From sequence record MH926059.1: a stretch of DNA of 24,000 nucleotides. One strand, 5' to 3'. Below, in pieces: positions 1-6,428 of the stretch. Numbering within the stretch: the stretch's first letter is position 1; each line of letters opens with the position of its first letter. The position numbers were made by a program, and so were the translations under genes. The stretch comes from Mycobacterium phage Riparian. The notes beneath the pieces were generated by a model. It was given only the letters and a program-made list of their open reading frames with translations, made no database searches and had not been told where the DNA came from.

Positions 1-1
1 T

Positions 2-169
2 GAGGTTGTGTCCAGCGGTGGTCGAGACGTTGACTGCTCCAAGTGCGGGGCCTGCTACAACGGCTCCGGCCAGCGTCTTCGCAGCGATTGGCGTAGCAAT
101 CCATCGGTTTACGACGACAGCGTCGGTGACCTGGAGGGCTACGAACTGCAGCACGCCAACGACTGGTGA
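2..169 (+). CDS. 3' end of a hypothetical protein with a CSKCGAC cysteine motif
   Basis: Open frame from the window edge: EVVSSGGRDVDCSKCGACYNGSGQRLRSDWRSNPSVYDDSVGDLEGYELQHANDW*, TGA at 167-169. Absent from the ORF track because the start is upstream. Confidence 0.6.
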   Translation, partial: EVVSSGGRDVDCSKCGACYNGSGQRLRSDWRSNPSVYDDSVGDLEGYELQHANDW

Positions 170-182
170 CGTAATCACCGGA

Positions 183-222
183 GGGCCAACGGTTTTCGTA
201 GGGGTTCGATTCCCCTAGGCCC
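183..222 (+). ncRNA. tRNA-like minihelix (TLS) copy 1
   Basis: GGGCC-aacggttttcg-TAGGGG-TTCGATT-CCCCTA-GGCCC; both stems perfect, T-loop sequence, GG in linker. Begins 14 nt after the stop at 169. Confidence 0.8.
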
Positions 223-225
223 GCT

Positions 226-248
226 AGGTCGTTCGTACGGGACGACCT
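226..248 (+). promoter_or_regulatory. Hairpin between TLS copy 1 and the RBS
   Basis: AGGTCGT (226-232) pairs perfectly with ACGACCT (242-248). Confidence 0.5.
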
Positions 249-264
249 CACAGAAAGGATGGAA

Positions 265-603
265 ATGGCAGCACGAAAGATGAAGGTTGTCAAGTCGATT
301 CAGGTCGAGAAGCCGACGAGGTTTGCCCGCGTTCGGAAGGGCAAGGGGCAGAACAGCACTCGAGAGCTTCAGGCCCGGTCACTGAAGGCGGCGGCAAACC
401 ACGGTCAGCCGTGGAGCGACGACGAGGTGGCCCGAATCGTGGCCGGAATACAGAGAGACGAAACGTCTTTCGAACTTGCGCTGGCTGTAGGACGAAGCTA
501 CTACAGCACCATGAGCGCCAGGTCACATGTGGCGTTTGCTATGCGCCACGCCAACGCCTTGGAGTTGGCCGTCAAGCAGGCAGCGAGGGCCAAGCACCAC
601 TGA
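265..603 (+). CDS. Small protein, possibly DNA-binding (helix-turn-helix/SANT-like)
   Basis: ORF with SD-like AAAGG; ATG at 265 preferred over 259 for spacing. Sequence includes QPWSDDEVARIVAG. Confidence 0.7.
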   Translation: MAARKMKVVKSIQVEKPTRFARVRKGKGQNSTRELQARSLKAAANHGQPWSDDEVARIVAGIQRDETSFELALAVGRSYYSTMSARSHVAFAMRHANALELAVKQAARAKHH

Positions 604-618
604 CAACCCAATCGTGTA

Positions 619-659
619 GCCCTGGTAAGGCGTACTGAGGTTCGATTCCTCAGCAGGGC
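619..659 (+). ncRNA. tRNA-like minihelix (TLS) copy 2
   Basis: GCCCTG-gtaaggcgta-CTGAGG-TTCGATT-CCTCAG-CAGGGC; 6+6 bp perfect. Confidence 0.8.
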
Positions 660-702
660 ACTTTGCCCGGCAAACCAGCCGGCAATCAGAGAGGATGGGA
701 AA

Positions 703-873
703 ATGATGAATGTGTACAAGATTGATGGTTTGCAGCTGCAGGCGATCAGGGGTTATCTCAAGAACCCTGATACTCATACACTCCGGATCATGGTTGATGA
801 GGAGGGTGTGAAGGTCAAGTTCAATCAAGGGCCTTGGTCTCCAGCACTCGGGGAACTTGAAAAGAGGAACTGA
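703..873 (+). CDS. Hypothetical small protein (56 aa)
   Basis: ATG after gagaggatgggaaa; MMNVYKIDGLQLQAIRGYLKNPDTHTLRIMVDEEGVKVKFNQGPWSPALGELEKRN*. Too short for the ORF track. Confidence 0.7.
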   Translation: MMNVYKIDGLQLQAIRGYLKNPDTHTLRIMVDEEGVKVKFNQGPWSPALGELEKRN

Positions 874-874
874 A

Positions 875-1099
875 ATGGCCGATATCCTATTGGCACATGG
901 TGAAAGCACTTCAGGCACAAAACACACCCTGGAGATCGATCCAATCTACGGAAGTCATGACTCAATTGATTGGCTGAAGTGGACTATCATGGGTCCCAAC
1001 GGGAAACGGCACGCAAGTGTCAAGCTGACCTTGGCTGATGCCGAGGGCATTGCAAACCACCTGTTGGACATCGTAGAAGAGGCCCGTCGTAACGCGTGA
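875..1099 (+). CDS. Hypothetical protein (MADILLAHGESTSGT...)
   Basis: Start adjacent to previous stop with GAGG upstream; no TLS in front, consistent with translational coupling. Confidence 0.65.
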   Translation: MADILLAHGESTSGTKHTLEIDPIYGSHDSIDWLKWTIMGPNGKRHASVKLTLADAEGIANHLLDIVEEARRNA

Positions 1100-1107
1100 C
1101 AGGGCGA

Positions 1108-1147
1108 GCCGCACTGGCAGACATCAAGGTTCGAGTCCTTGAGCGGC
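1108..1147 (+). ncRNA. tRNA-like minihelix (TLS) copy 3
   Basis: GCCGC-actggcagaca-TCAAGG-TTCGAGT-CCTTGA-GCGGC. Confidence 0.85.
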
Positions 1148-1194
1148 ACTAGGACAGTGGCACGGGGCTACTGCCTTAACGAAAGAGGATGGAA

Positions 1195-2124
1195 ATGACC
1201 ACCATTGAGAACAGTGTGAATGCAGTTGAGCTGATCGATCTGTCGGCAGCTTGCGAGAAGGCTGGAATCGGTGGGACAGTTCGCAATACGGAAGTTGGCA
1301 CCGGTACGCTGTACGTGGTGGCCAAGCTTCCTGACGGGAACTGGGCTTTGGACTACGAAACTGATGTGATCGACATTGCTGCTTTTCAGCAGGAGGGTTG
1401 GCTCGTTGTGTCCACGGCCACAGACGGCGAGGAGACAGAGCAGGATACCAAACCTGCTACGTACCAAGACTTCTTCGAAGGTTTGCCCACCTGGTCATAC
1501 TTCTGGGACGGCCGAAACATTGACTGCCAGTACATCTTTACTGGCTGGAAGCAAAACAAGTACGGCGACAACGTTCCTGCGTATGTCCACCACCGGTACA
1601 TGACAACCAGTTTGATGTCCATCTTGGACCTGGATCACGAATGCCAGTGGGAGGCATTCACAGTCAACGGTACGCCCAAGGAGGCCAGTCGCGATTTGCG
1701 GCAGGCAATCCGGACGATGTACTCGGCCTTGAGAGAGGCAGAGTCGTACAAGCAACTGCATAAGGAAGAAGGTGAGCGGCTGGAGGCAGTCAAGCGTGAT
1801 TTCCGAAAGCTGAACGAACACATCAATTCCTACGCTGAAGAAACCCACATGTGCGGCGACTATGAGCGCCGTATCTACGGCTGGAACGAGACCTTCGAGG
1901 TCATGGAGCTCGAGGGCCGTGTTCGCGATTACAATGTGCCCGTACGGGTCCCTGGAGTGTTCGGGGACACTGAGGTCTGGGTTTCGGGTATCAAGGCCCG
2001 TACTCCAGAAGAGGCACGGGAACAGGTGCAGCGCATGACCGCTCAGGAAGTGCTGAACAACCTGTATCAATCCGGTTACAGCATGCCGGAGTGGACCGTC
2101 GGCGATAGTACGCCGAGGGCCTAG
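1195..2124 (+). CDS. Hypothetical phage protein
   Basis: Long ORF; GAAAGAGGATGG RBS; MTTIENSVNAVELIDLSAACEKAG...; start chosen at the second in-frame ATG. Confidence 0.8.
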   Translation: MTTIENSVNAVELIDLSAACEKAGIGGTVRNTEVGTGTLYVVAKLPDGNWALDYETDVIDIAAFQQEGWLVVSTATDGEETEQDTKPATYQDFFEGLPTWSYFWDGRNIDCQYIFTGWKQNKYGDNVPAYVHHRYMTTSLMSILDLDHECQWEAFTVNGTPKEASRDLRQAIRTMYSALREAESYKQLHKEEGERLEAVKRDFRKLNEHINSYAEETHMCGDYERRIYGWNETFEVMELEGRVRDYNVPVRVPGVFGDTEVWVSGIKARTPEEAREQVQRMTAQEVLNNLYQSGYSMPEWTVGDSTPRA

Positions 2125-2139
2125 CCCCAAAGCAGGGCA

Positions 2140-2179
2140 GGGTGACTGGCAGACATCAGGGTTCGAGTCCCTGACACCC
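2140..2179 (+). ncRNA. tRNA-like minihelix (TLS) copy 4
   Basis: GGGTG-actggcagaca-TCAGGG-TTCGAGT-CCCTGA-CACCC. Confidence 0.85.
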
Positions 2180-2184
2180 ACAAA

Positions 2185-2203
2185 GCCGTAGGCGTTCTAC
2201 GGC
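2185..2203 (+). promoter_or_regulatory. Hairpin between TLS copy 4 and the RBS
   Basis: GCCGTAG-gcgtt-CTACGGC, perfect 7 bp. Confidence 0.6.
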
Positions 2204-2224
2204 CTAGCAAGAAAGGATGGAACA

Positions 2225-2377
2225 ATGCCGCTACCAAGGGGGTTCAAGTTCATACGCTGCCCCGAATGCAAACGCAAAGGTGTGTCATGCAGATTCAGCG
2301 GGCGAACCGGGGAGGACTACTGGCAATGCCGCTACTGCAGCTGGTACTGCTATGCAGGAGGGGGAGGACCGGATTGA
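2225..2377 (+). CDS. Small zinc-ribbon-like protein (50 aa)
   Basis: ATG after gaaaggatggaaca; MPLPRGFKFIRCPECKRKGVSCRFSGRTGEDYWQCRYCSWYCYAGGGGPD*; CPEC and CRYC pairs. Absent from the ORF track because of length. Confidence 0.7.
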   Translation: MPLPRGFKFIRCPECKRKGVSCRFSGRTGEDYWQCRYCSWYCYAGGGGPD

Positions 2378-2459
2378 CGTTGAGCGTCGACGAGCACTTG
2401 CTGCAGCCAATCCCGGTGAGCCTATATGGGTTACAGCACTGGACGATGACACACTGTAA
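2352..2459 (+). CDS. Hypothetical short protein (MQEGEDRIDVERRRALAAANPGEPIWVTALDDDTL)
   Basis: Overlaps the end of the zinc-ribbon gene; its stop lies just before TLS copy 5, matching the spacing seen elsewhere. Confidence 0.45.
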   Translation: MQEGEDRIDVERRRALAAANPGEPIWVTALDDDTL

Positions 2460-2465
2460 CGGCAA

Positions 2466-2505
2466 GCCTGACTGGAAGGCACCGACGTTCAAGCCGTCGG
2501 CAGGC
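2466..2505 (+). ncRNA. tRNA-like minihelix (TLS) copy 5
   Basis: GCCTG-actggaaggca-CCGACG-TTCAAGC-CGTCGG-CAGGC; variant T-loop. Confidence 0.75.
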
Positions 2506-2510
2506 GCGGG

Positions 2511-2529
2511 GTGAGCCACTATGGCTTAC
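2511..2529 (+). promoter_or_regulatory. Hairpin between TLS copy 5 and the RBS
   Basis: GTGAGCC-actat-GGCTTAC, 7 bp with one G-U. Confidence 0.5.
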
Positions 2530-2547
2530 TACAAGAAAGGGGATGGA

Positions 2548-2913
2548 ATGAAGCACGTTATCGCTATTTCAGGCAATGACCTTGCGTACCTTCGCAAGGC
2601 AGCCTTGTCGGCGTTTCAAGAGGCCGGTCAGATTGGCGTACTACGCATTTACATTACAGATGACGGTAAGCTCATGTTTGGAGCACGGGGTCACGTAACC
2701 AAAGTGATTGGTAGGCCCATTAAGGCTTCCGATGAAGAGCGCGAAATGGGTTTGAGTGCCCCAAGCGGAAATCCGTACGCCAACATTGACGACGATGAAG
2801 ATGCGCAAGATGCTGCTGAGGCAGTAGGCCTCTCGCTTGAAGAACGTGTTGCACACCTGGAGGAACTGGTCAAGGGCGAGAACATCGTTGTGATCAACCT
2901 CTCAAAGTCCTAG
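2548..2913 (+). CDS. Hypothetical protein (MKHVIAISGNDLAYLRKAALSAF...)
   Basis: ATG after aaaggggatggaatg; the ORF-track start at 2521 falls inside the hairpin, so 2548 is preferred. Confidence 0.7.
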   Translation: MKHVIAISGNDLAYLRKAALSAFQEAGQIGVLRIYITDDGKLMFGARGHVTKVIGRPIKASDEEREMGLSAPSGNPYANIDDDEDAQDAAEAVGLSLEERVAHLEELVKGENIVVINLSKS

Positions 2914-2925
2914 CAGCGCTAGGCA

Positions 2926-2968
2926 GCCGGCCACGGTTGGTTAATAGTGGTTCGAGTCCACTACCGGC
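2926..2968 (+). ncRNA. tRNA-like minihelix (TLS) copy 6
   Basis: GCCGG-ccacggttggttaa-TAGTGG-TTCGAGT-CCACTA-CCGGC; linker 14 nt. Confidence 0.8.
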
Positions 2969-3015
2969 ACGAAGGCAACAACCCGTTGCCTTACATCAAG
3001 ATTCGAGGATGGAAC

Positions 3016-3417
3016 ATGAAACGTAATGTGAAAGAAGTCGTGGTTGCATTTCTTGTGACCATGGGCCTGTTCTTCGCTCTCGCAGCAATCCACAACGCCG
3101 CCGTAACCAATGTGGCCAAGGCAGACCCAGGCGTTGGTTGTGAAACGATTCGCTGGGGTTTCCTAGGAAGCCAACGACGTACCATCTGCGACGGGCCGCG
3201 CAGGCCTGACGGCAGCTGGGAGCGTTTGCGTCTGATCTGGACGCCAGCGGGTTACGTGCCACGCTACACCTACTGCGGTAGCTACTCATGCTCTTCCAGC
3301 GGCGGCTACTACCGGGAGGAGACGCTTCAGGGCAAGGAAACGTATGTGGTGTTCGACCACAACGTGCTGCCCGATGAGCCGGGTTGGCTGCCACCGGGAA
3401 CGGACATTATCCGATGA
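3016..3417 (+). CDS. Secreted or membrane-anchored small protein
   Basis: N-terminal hydrophobic segment (VVVAFLVTMGLFFALAAIHNAAVTNVAKA) then a Cys/Trp/Arg-rich domain (CETIRWGFLGSQRRTICDGPRRPDGSWERLR). Confidence 0.7.
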   Translation: MKRNVKEVVVAFLVTMGLFFALAAIHNAAVTNVAKADPGVGCETIRWGFLGSQRRTICDGPRRPDGSWERLRLIWTPAGYVPRYTYCGSYSCSSSGGYYREETLQGKETYVVFDHNVLPDEPGWLPPGTDIIR

Positions 3418-3596
3418 GAGACTGCAGCGAGCACGGAACCAATAGCAACGTATGCGATTTCGCCGGCTGCTTTGGCCCGGCAAAACCGTACCGTTGCATC
3501 TGCGGTGACTTCAAAACGGATTCCCCGAGAGTGCTAGACGTGCATATCCTCTGGGCGAATAAGTTCAGAGCCAATGTGGAGCACGGCTGGCCGTAG
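3414..3596 (+). CDS. Cysteine-rich small protein (60 aa)
   Basis: ATGA overlap with previous gene; MRDCSEHGTNSNVCDFAGCFGPAKPYRCICGDFKTDSPRV... Confidence 0.65.
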   Translation: MRDCSEHGTNSNVCDFAGCFGPAKPYRCICGDFKTDSPRVLDVHILWANKFRANVEHGWP

Positions 3597-3604
3597 CCAC
3601 AAGA

Positions 3605-3644
3605 GCCGCAATGGCATACACCCAGGTTCGAGTCCTGGGGCGGC
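3605..3644 (+). ncRNA. tRNA-like minihelix (TLS) copy 7
   Basis: GCCGC-aatggcataca-CCCAGG-TTCGAGT-CCTGGG-GCGGC. Confidence 0.85.
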
Positions 3645-3690
3645 ACGAGCCCTGAGCAATCGGCCTGGGGCACTATGAAAGAGGATGGAA

Positions 3691-3912
3691 ATGCGAGTAG
3701 CAGATGCAGTGAGGAAGACCTCTGGCATTCATCGGCTCAAGGTGGGCGAGATGTTCACCGACGCAGATGGTGATTGGGAGGTGACCAGAGAGCCTGTGGT
3801 TGATGGCGATTGGGTCGTCGTGTACCTGAGGCCCGTGCCCTTTCACGAGGGCCAGCGCGCTAGGGCCTACCGATATCCCTTGTCAACTCAGGTGAAGATG
3901 CTGCGCAAGTAA
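3691..3912 (+). CDS. Hypothetical protein
   Basis: GAAAGAGGATGGAA RBS then ATG at 3691; MRVADAVRKTSGIHRLKVGEMFTDADGDWEV... Confidence 0.65.
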   Translation: MRVADAVRKTSGIHRLKVGEMFTDADGDWEVTREPVVDGDWVVVYLRPVPFHEGQRARAYRYPLSTQVKMLRK

Positions 3913-3956
3913 AGCACTCTGCTGTGGCTACGGGGATTGTGCCAAGTAGAGAGATA

Positions 3957-4021
3957 CCCTGCAACGGTTTTGGCGTGTTCGAGGGTTACACACCAACAGA
4001 GGTTCGATTCCTCTGGCAGGG
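3957..4021 (+). ncRNA. tRNA-like minihelix (TLS) copy 8, extended-linker variant
   Basis: CCCTGC-aacggttttggcgtgttcgagggttacacaccaa-CAGAGG-TTCGATT-CCTCTG-GCAGGG; the 34 nt linker can form a GTGT/ACAC hairpin. Confidence 0.65.
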
Positions 4022-4064
4022 ACGACGGTGGGCCACCAGGTCTACCGAACGAAAGGGGATGGAA

Positions 4065-4481
4065 ATGCGTACGTTTACCTTTGGGACCCAGTATGTCCCA
4101 GAGACAAAGGCAGTCCTGAAGTGGGGCAAGTACGCCGACGGCAGCACTGCACTACGTGTTGTGTCGGAGTACGGTGAGCCTCTGGCTACGGCCACAGTCT
4201 GCCTGCGCAACTACAACCTTCAGCCGGGTAAAGGCAATGTCTTCATCTACGGGGACTACAGCGAACATGTCGGAGTGTTCGAGGCCCTGCGGAAGGCCGG
4301 GATTGTCGGTGACCCTGTGAACCGAATTCCCATGGGAGGCTTTGGCGCTTTCGCGTACGAGGCTCCCTTGCTGTGGAGCGAGCACGAGCCAACCTGTGAG
4401 GGTATGGCAGACGTGGACTACCACACCCAAGTTGATGCCATGCTCGAACGAGTGGCACAGCAAGACAACAAGTCCCAGTAG
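4065..4481 (+). CDS. Hypothetical protein (MRTFTFGTQYVPETKAVLKWGKYADG...)
   Basis: GAAAGGGGATGGAA RBS; the ORF-track extension to 3924 runs through TLS copy 8, so 4065 is preferred. Confidence 0.7.
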   Translation: MRTFTFGTQYVPETKAVLKWGKYADGSTALRVVSEYGEPLATATVCLRNYNLQPGKGNVFIYGDYSEHVGVFEALRKAGIVGDPVNRIPMGGFGAFAYEAPLLWSEHEPTCEGMADVDYHTQVDAMLERVAQQDNKSQ

Positions 4482-4489
4482 ACTGGGCA

Positions 4490-4529
4490 GCCCGAAAGGC
4501 ATACACGCTGGTTCGAGTCCAGCGCGGGC
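4490..4529 (+). ncRNA. tRNA-like minihelix (TLS) copy 9
   Basis: GCCCG-aaaggcataca-CGCTGG-TTCGAGT-CCAGCG-CGGGC. Confidence 0.85.
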
Positions 4530-4534
4530 ACGAG

Positions 4535-4547
4535 CGCCATAGTGGCG
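4535..4547 (+). promoter_or_regulatory. Hairpin between TLS copy 9 and the RBS
   Basis: CGCCA-tag-TGGCG. Confidence 0.45.
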
Positions 4548-4571
4548 TATCAAGAAAGGGGATGGACTGAG

Positions 4572-4778
4572 TTGCATAGAGAAACGGAATTCGTGCTCGC
4601 CCGCGAGCTCAGCGATGGCAGCCTACCTCACATGCCACCGGCAGATGAGCTGCCACATCGTGGCCGAATCACAAGGATTCTCAACGACTCTGGGGTGTTG
4701 ACAATCGAGTGTGAGGACGGTATGCTCAGCCGAGGGATGAACGCCCCGGTTGAACGGTACAAGAGGGAGGCTCAGTGA
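4572..4778 (+). CDS. Hypothetical protein, likely TTG start
   Basis: GAAAGGGGATGG followed by TTG at 4572; the GTG at 4542 lies inside the hairpin. Confidence 0.55.
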   Translation: MHRETEFVLARELSDGSLPHMPPADELPHRGRITRILNDSGVLTIECEDGMLSRGMNAPVERYKREAQ

Positions 4779-4900
4779 ACAAACTGCGGAAGTTGTTGCG
4801 AGCCTACAGAGTTTCGCAGCACAGACGCCGGCTGAATGACGAAGCCCATATCGCTTGGGCCAGATCACTACTGGCAGAACGTGAACGACCGGTAGACTAG
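4775..4900 (+). CDS. Hypothetical basic small protein (41 aa)
   Basis: GTGA overlap, GGGAGG upstream; MNKLRKLLRAYRVSQHRRRLNDEAHIAWARSLLAERERPVD*. Confidence 0.55.
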   Translation: MNKLRKLLRAYRVSQHRRRLNDEAHIAWARSLLAERERPVD

Positions 4901-4912
4901 TACAGCACAGGA

Positions 4913-4952
4913 GTCCGACTGGCAGACATCAGGGTTCGAGTCCCTGACGGAC
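4913..4952 (+). ncRNA. tRNA-like minihelix (TLS) copy 10
   Basis: GTCCG-actggcagaca-TCAGGG-TTCGAGT-CCCTGA-CGGAC. Confidence 0.85.
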
Positions 4953-4956
4953 ACGA

Positions 4957-4982
4957 CTTGGAGCCACGAGGGAGACTCCAAG
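4957..4982 (+). promoter_or_regulatory. Hairpin between TLS copy 10 and the RBS
   Basis: CTTGGAG ... CTCCAAG, perfect 7 bp. Confidence 0.5.
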
Positions 4983-5010
4983 CACCACAACAGAAAGAGG
5001 ATGGGAAACA

Positions 5011-6207
5011 ATGGGCGCAGAAACCATGGAGTGGTACAACAACTTCTGCCTGATCGGGCACACCAATCAGCGTGGAAAGAGTTGGCACTATATGGAGTCC
5101 ATGCAGGGAGAGGAGCCGAATCATTACCCCGAGGGCATCCCGTATGACGATGTTGTACGGCGGCTATTCAATTGGAAGCCAATGCTTACCCGTACGGCAA
5201 ACATGATTCCATGTGAGTTGCTACGGGATGAGGCAGGACAGCCCTTGACCGACGACCAGGGACGCCGTCGCTACGAACCTGAACCGTCAGTATGGGTTCA
5301 GCGTATGGACAGCAACGGCAACCCAGTGTTCCACGAGGGCCGTCCGGTCAACGTTCCCATGAAACTGGTAGAGGTCCATGACAAACGGGGCCTGGTCCGT
5401 AGCGACAACTACCTGGAGCTGGGGCACCCCGGCAAGAACTACAAGATCCACGACTACGAGGAGTGGCTCTTGCAGTTGCTATCCAACGTGATTGGGGACA
5501 CTCTCGACATTTGGTCAGCAATCCTGTTGCGCAATGGCGCTCAGGCCTGTGTCCAGGTGGCTCTTCCTGAGACGGCTCACGACAGCACAACTGGAATGGA
5601 TTTTGTTCCATACGTTCACTGCTATACGAGCCTAGACAGTAGTCTGGCTACCACTTTCGCTGGCCAAACGCTGTTGATCGTGTGCGACAACACGATGACG
5701 GCGGCCAACGCAAGAGCAGCCAAGGCAGGGCGGCAGTACAAGGCACGTCACACGTCCGGAAGCCTTGAGACCCACAAGATCTCTGAGGTCCGGCAAGCCC
5801 TGTCGATTATTCACCAAACCGCAGACAGCTCTATGGAATTCTTCCACAAGCTGGCTGCCATTGAAGTGCCCAACAAGAAGTGGATTGAGGTGCTAGACAT
5901 CATCATTCCACCGGGTGATCCCAACAAGGACAGCACCAGGACCGTTCGTGGTCGTGAGTCCAAGAGGGAACACCTGAACAGCGTGTACCAAAGTGACCCT
6001 ATGGCGAATACCTGGAAAGGTACTGGCCTTGGGGTGGTACAGGCAATCAACACCTACGCAACCCACTACGCGCCACTGCGCGGACGTTCCCGTGTTCAGG
6101 GCAACGCTGCCAAGCTGGTGGACGGTGAGTTTGCCAAGGTGGACAGCAAGAGCGTGCAGGCCCTTGCTCAAGTGATGGATATGCCAGAGTTGTTGACTAC
6201 CAACTAG
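5011..6207 (+). CDS. DUF932 / phage-plasmid-like (TIGR03299-type) protein
   Basis: 398 aa; pattern of aromatic/charged motifs (NYLELGHPGKNYKIHDYEEWLLQLLSNVIGD, TLLIVCDNTM, HTSGSLETHKISEVRQAL) recalled as typical of the DUF932 family. Confidence 0.75.
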   Translation: MGAETMEWYNNFCLIGHTNQRGKSWHYMESMQGEEPNHYPEGIPYDDVVRRLFNWKPMLTRTANMIPCELLRDEAGQPLTDDQGRRRYEPEPSVWVQRMDSNGNPVFHEGRPVNVPMKLVEVHDKRGLVRSDNYLELGHPGKNYKIHDYEEWLLQLLSNVIGDTLDIWSAILLRNGAQACVQVALPETAHDSTTGMDFVPYVHCYTSLDSSLATTFAGQTLLIVCDNTMTAANARAAKAGRQYKARHTSGSLETHKISEVRQALSIIHQTADSSMEFFHKLAAIEVPNKKWIEVLDIIIPPGDPNKDSTRTVRGRESKREHLNSVYQSDPMANTWKGTGLGVVQAINTYATHYAPLRGRSRVQGNAAKLVDGEFAKVDSKSVQALAQVMDMPELLTTN

Positions 6208-6215
6208 TCTGGTGC

Positions 6216-6255
6216 GGGTGACTGGCAGCCACCGGGGTTCAAGGCCCCGGCACCC
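6216..6255 (+). ncRNA. tRNA-like minihelix (TLS) copy 11
   Basis: GGGTG-actggcagcca-CCGGGG-TTCAAGG-CCCCGG-CACCC. Confidence 0.8.
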
Positions 6256-6352
6256 ACTTACTCGTGATGGATAACAGCCTGGGTTACTAGCCTGAACATC
6301 TCAGTGTTAGTCCTACGGCTATCTCATTTTTCGTGCCAAGCAGGCTCTCGTG

Positions 6353-6361
6353 TGTTATGAT
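6353..6361 (+). promoter_or_regulatory. Candidate extended -10 promoter element (TGtTATGAT)
   Basis: TG-T-TATGAT in the longest gap of the left segment, before an RNA-like leader; no convincing -35. Confidence 0.3.
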
Positions 6362-6371
6362 CCGGGGCAGG

Positions 6372-6407
6372 GTTAGGGCCTAGGCCCGACGCCCTAGACT
6401 CCCTAAC
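6372..6407 (+). promoter_or_regulatory. Nested leader hairpin upstream of the 6429 gene
   Basis: GTTAGGG (6372-6378)/CCCTAAC (6401-6407) enclosing CTAGG (6380-6384)/CCTAG (6393-6397). Confidence 0.5.
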
Positions 6408-6428
6408 GGAACACACAGAGGATGGCCC

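Noticed and set aside
2266-2514. ORF-track CDS of 82 aa on the + strand
   Set aside because: It runs through TLS copy 5 and overlaps the better-supported zinc-ribbon and following short ORF.
183-6255. Complete tRNA genes at the TTCGAGTCC/TTCGATTCC motifs
   Set aside because: Only ~11 nt (14 or 34 in two copies) lie between the acceptor-like 5' strand and the T-arm, so there is no D or anticodon arm. The 5' strand pairs perfectly at that short distance, so these are minihelices and not full tRNAs or partly deleted tRNAs in one place.
183-6255. CRISPR array or simple tandem repeats
   Set aside because: The repeated units are separated by genes of different length and only the structure and loop are conserved, not a constant repeat sequence.
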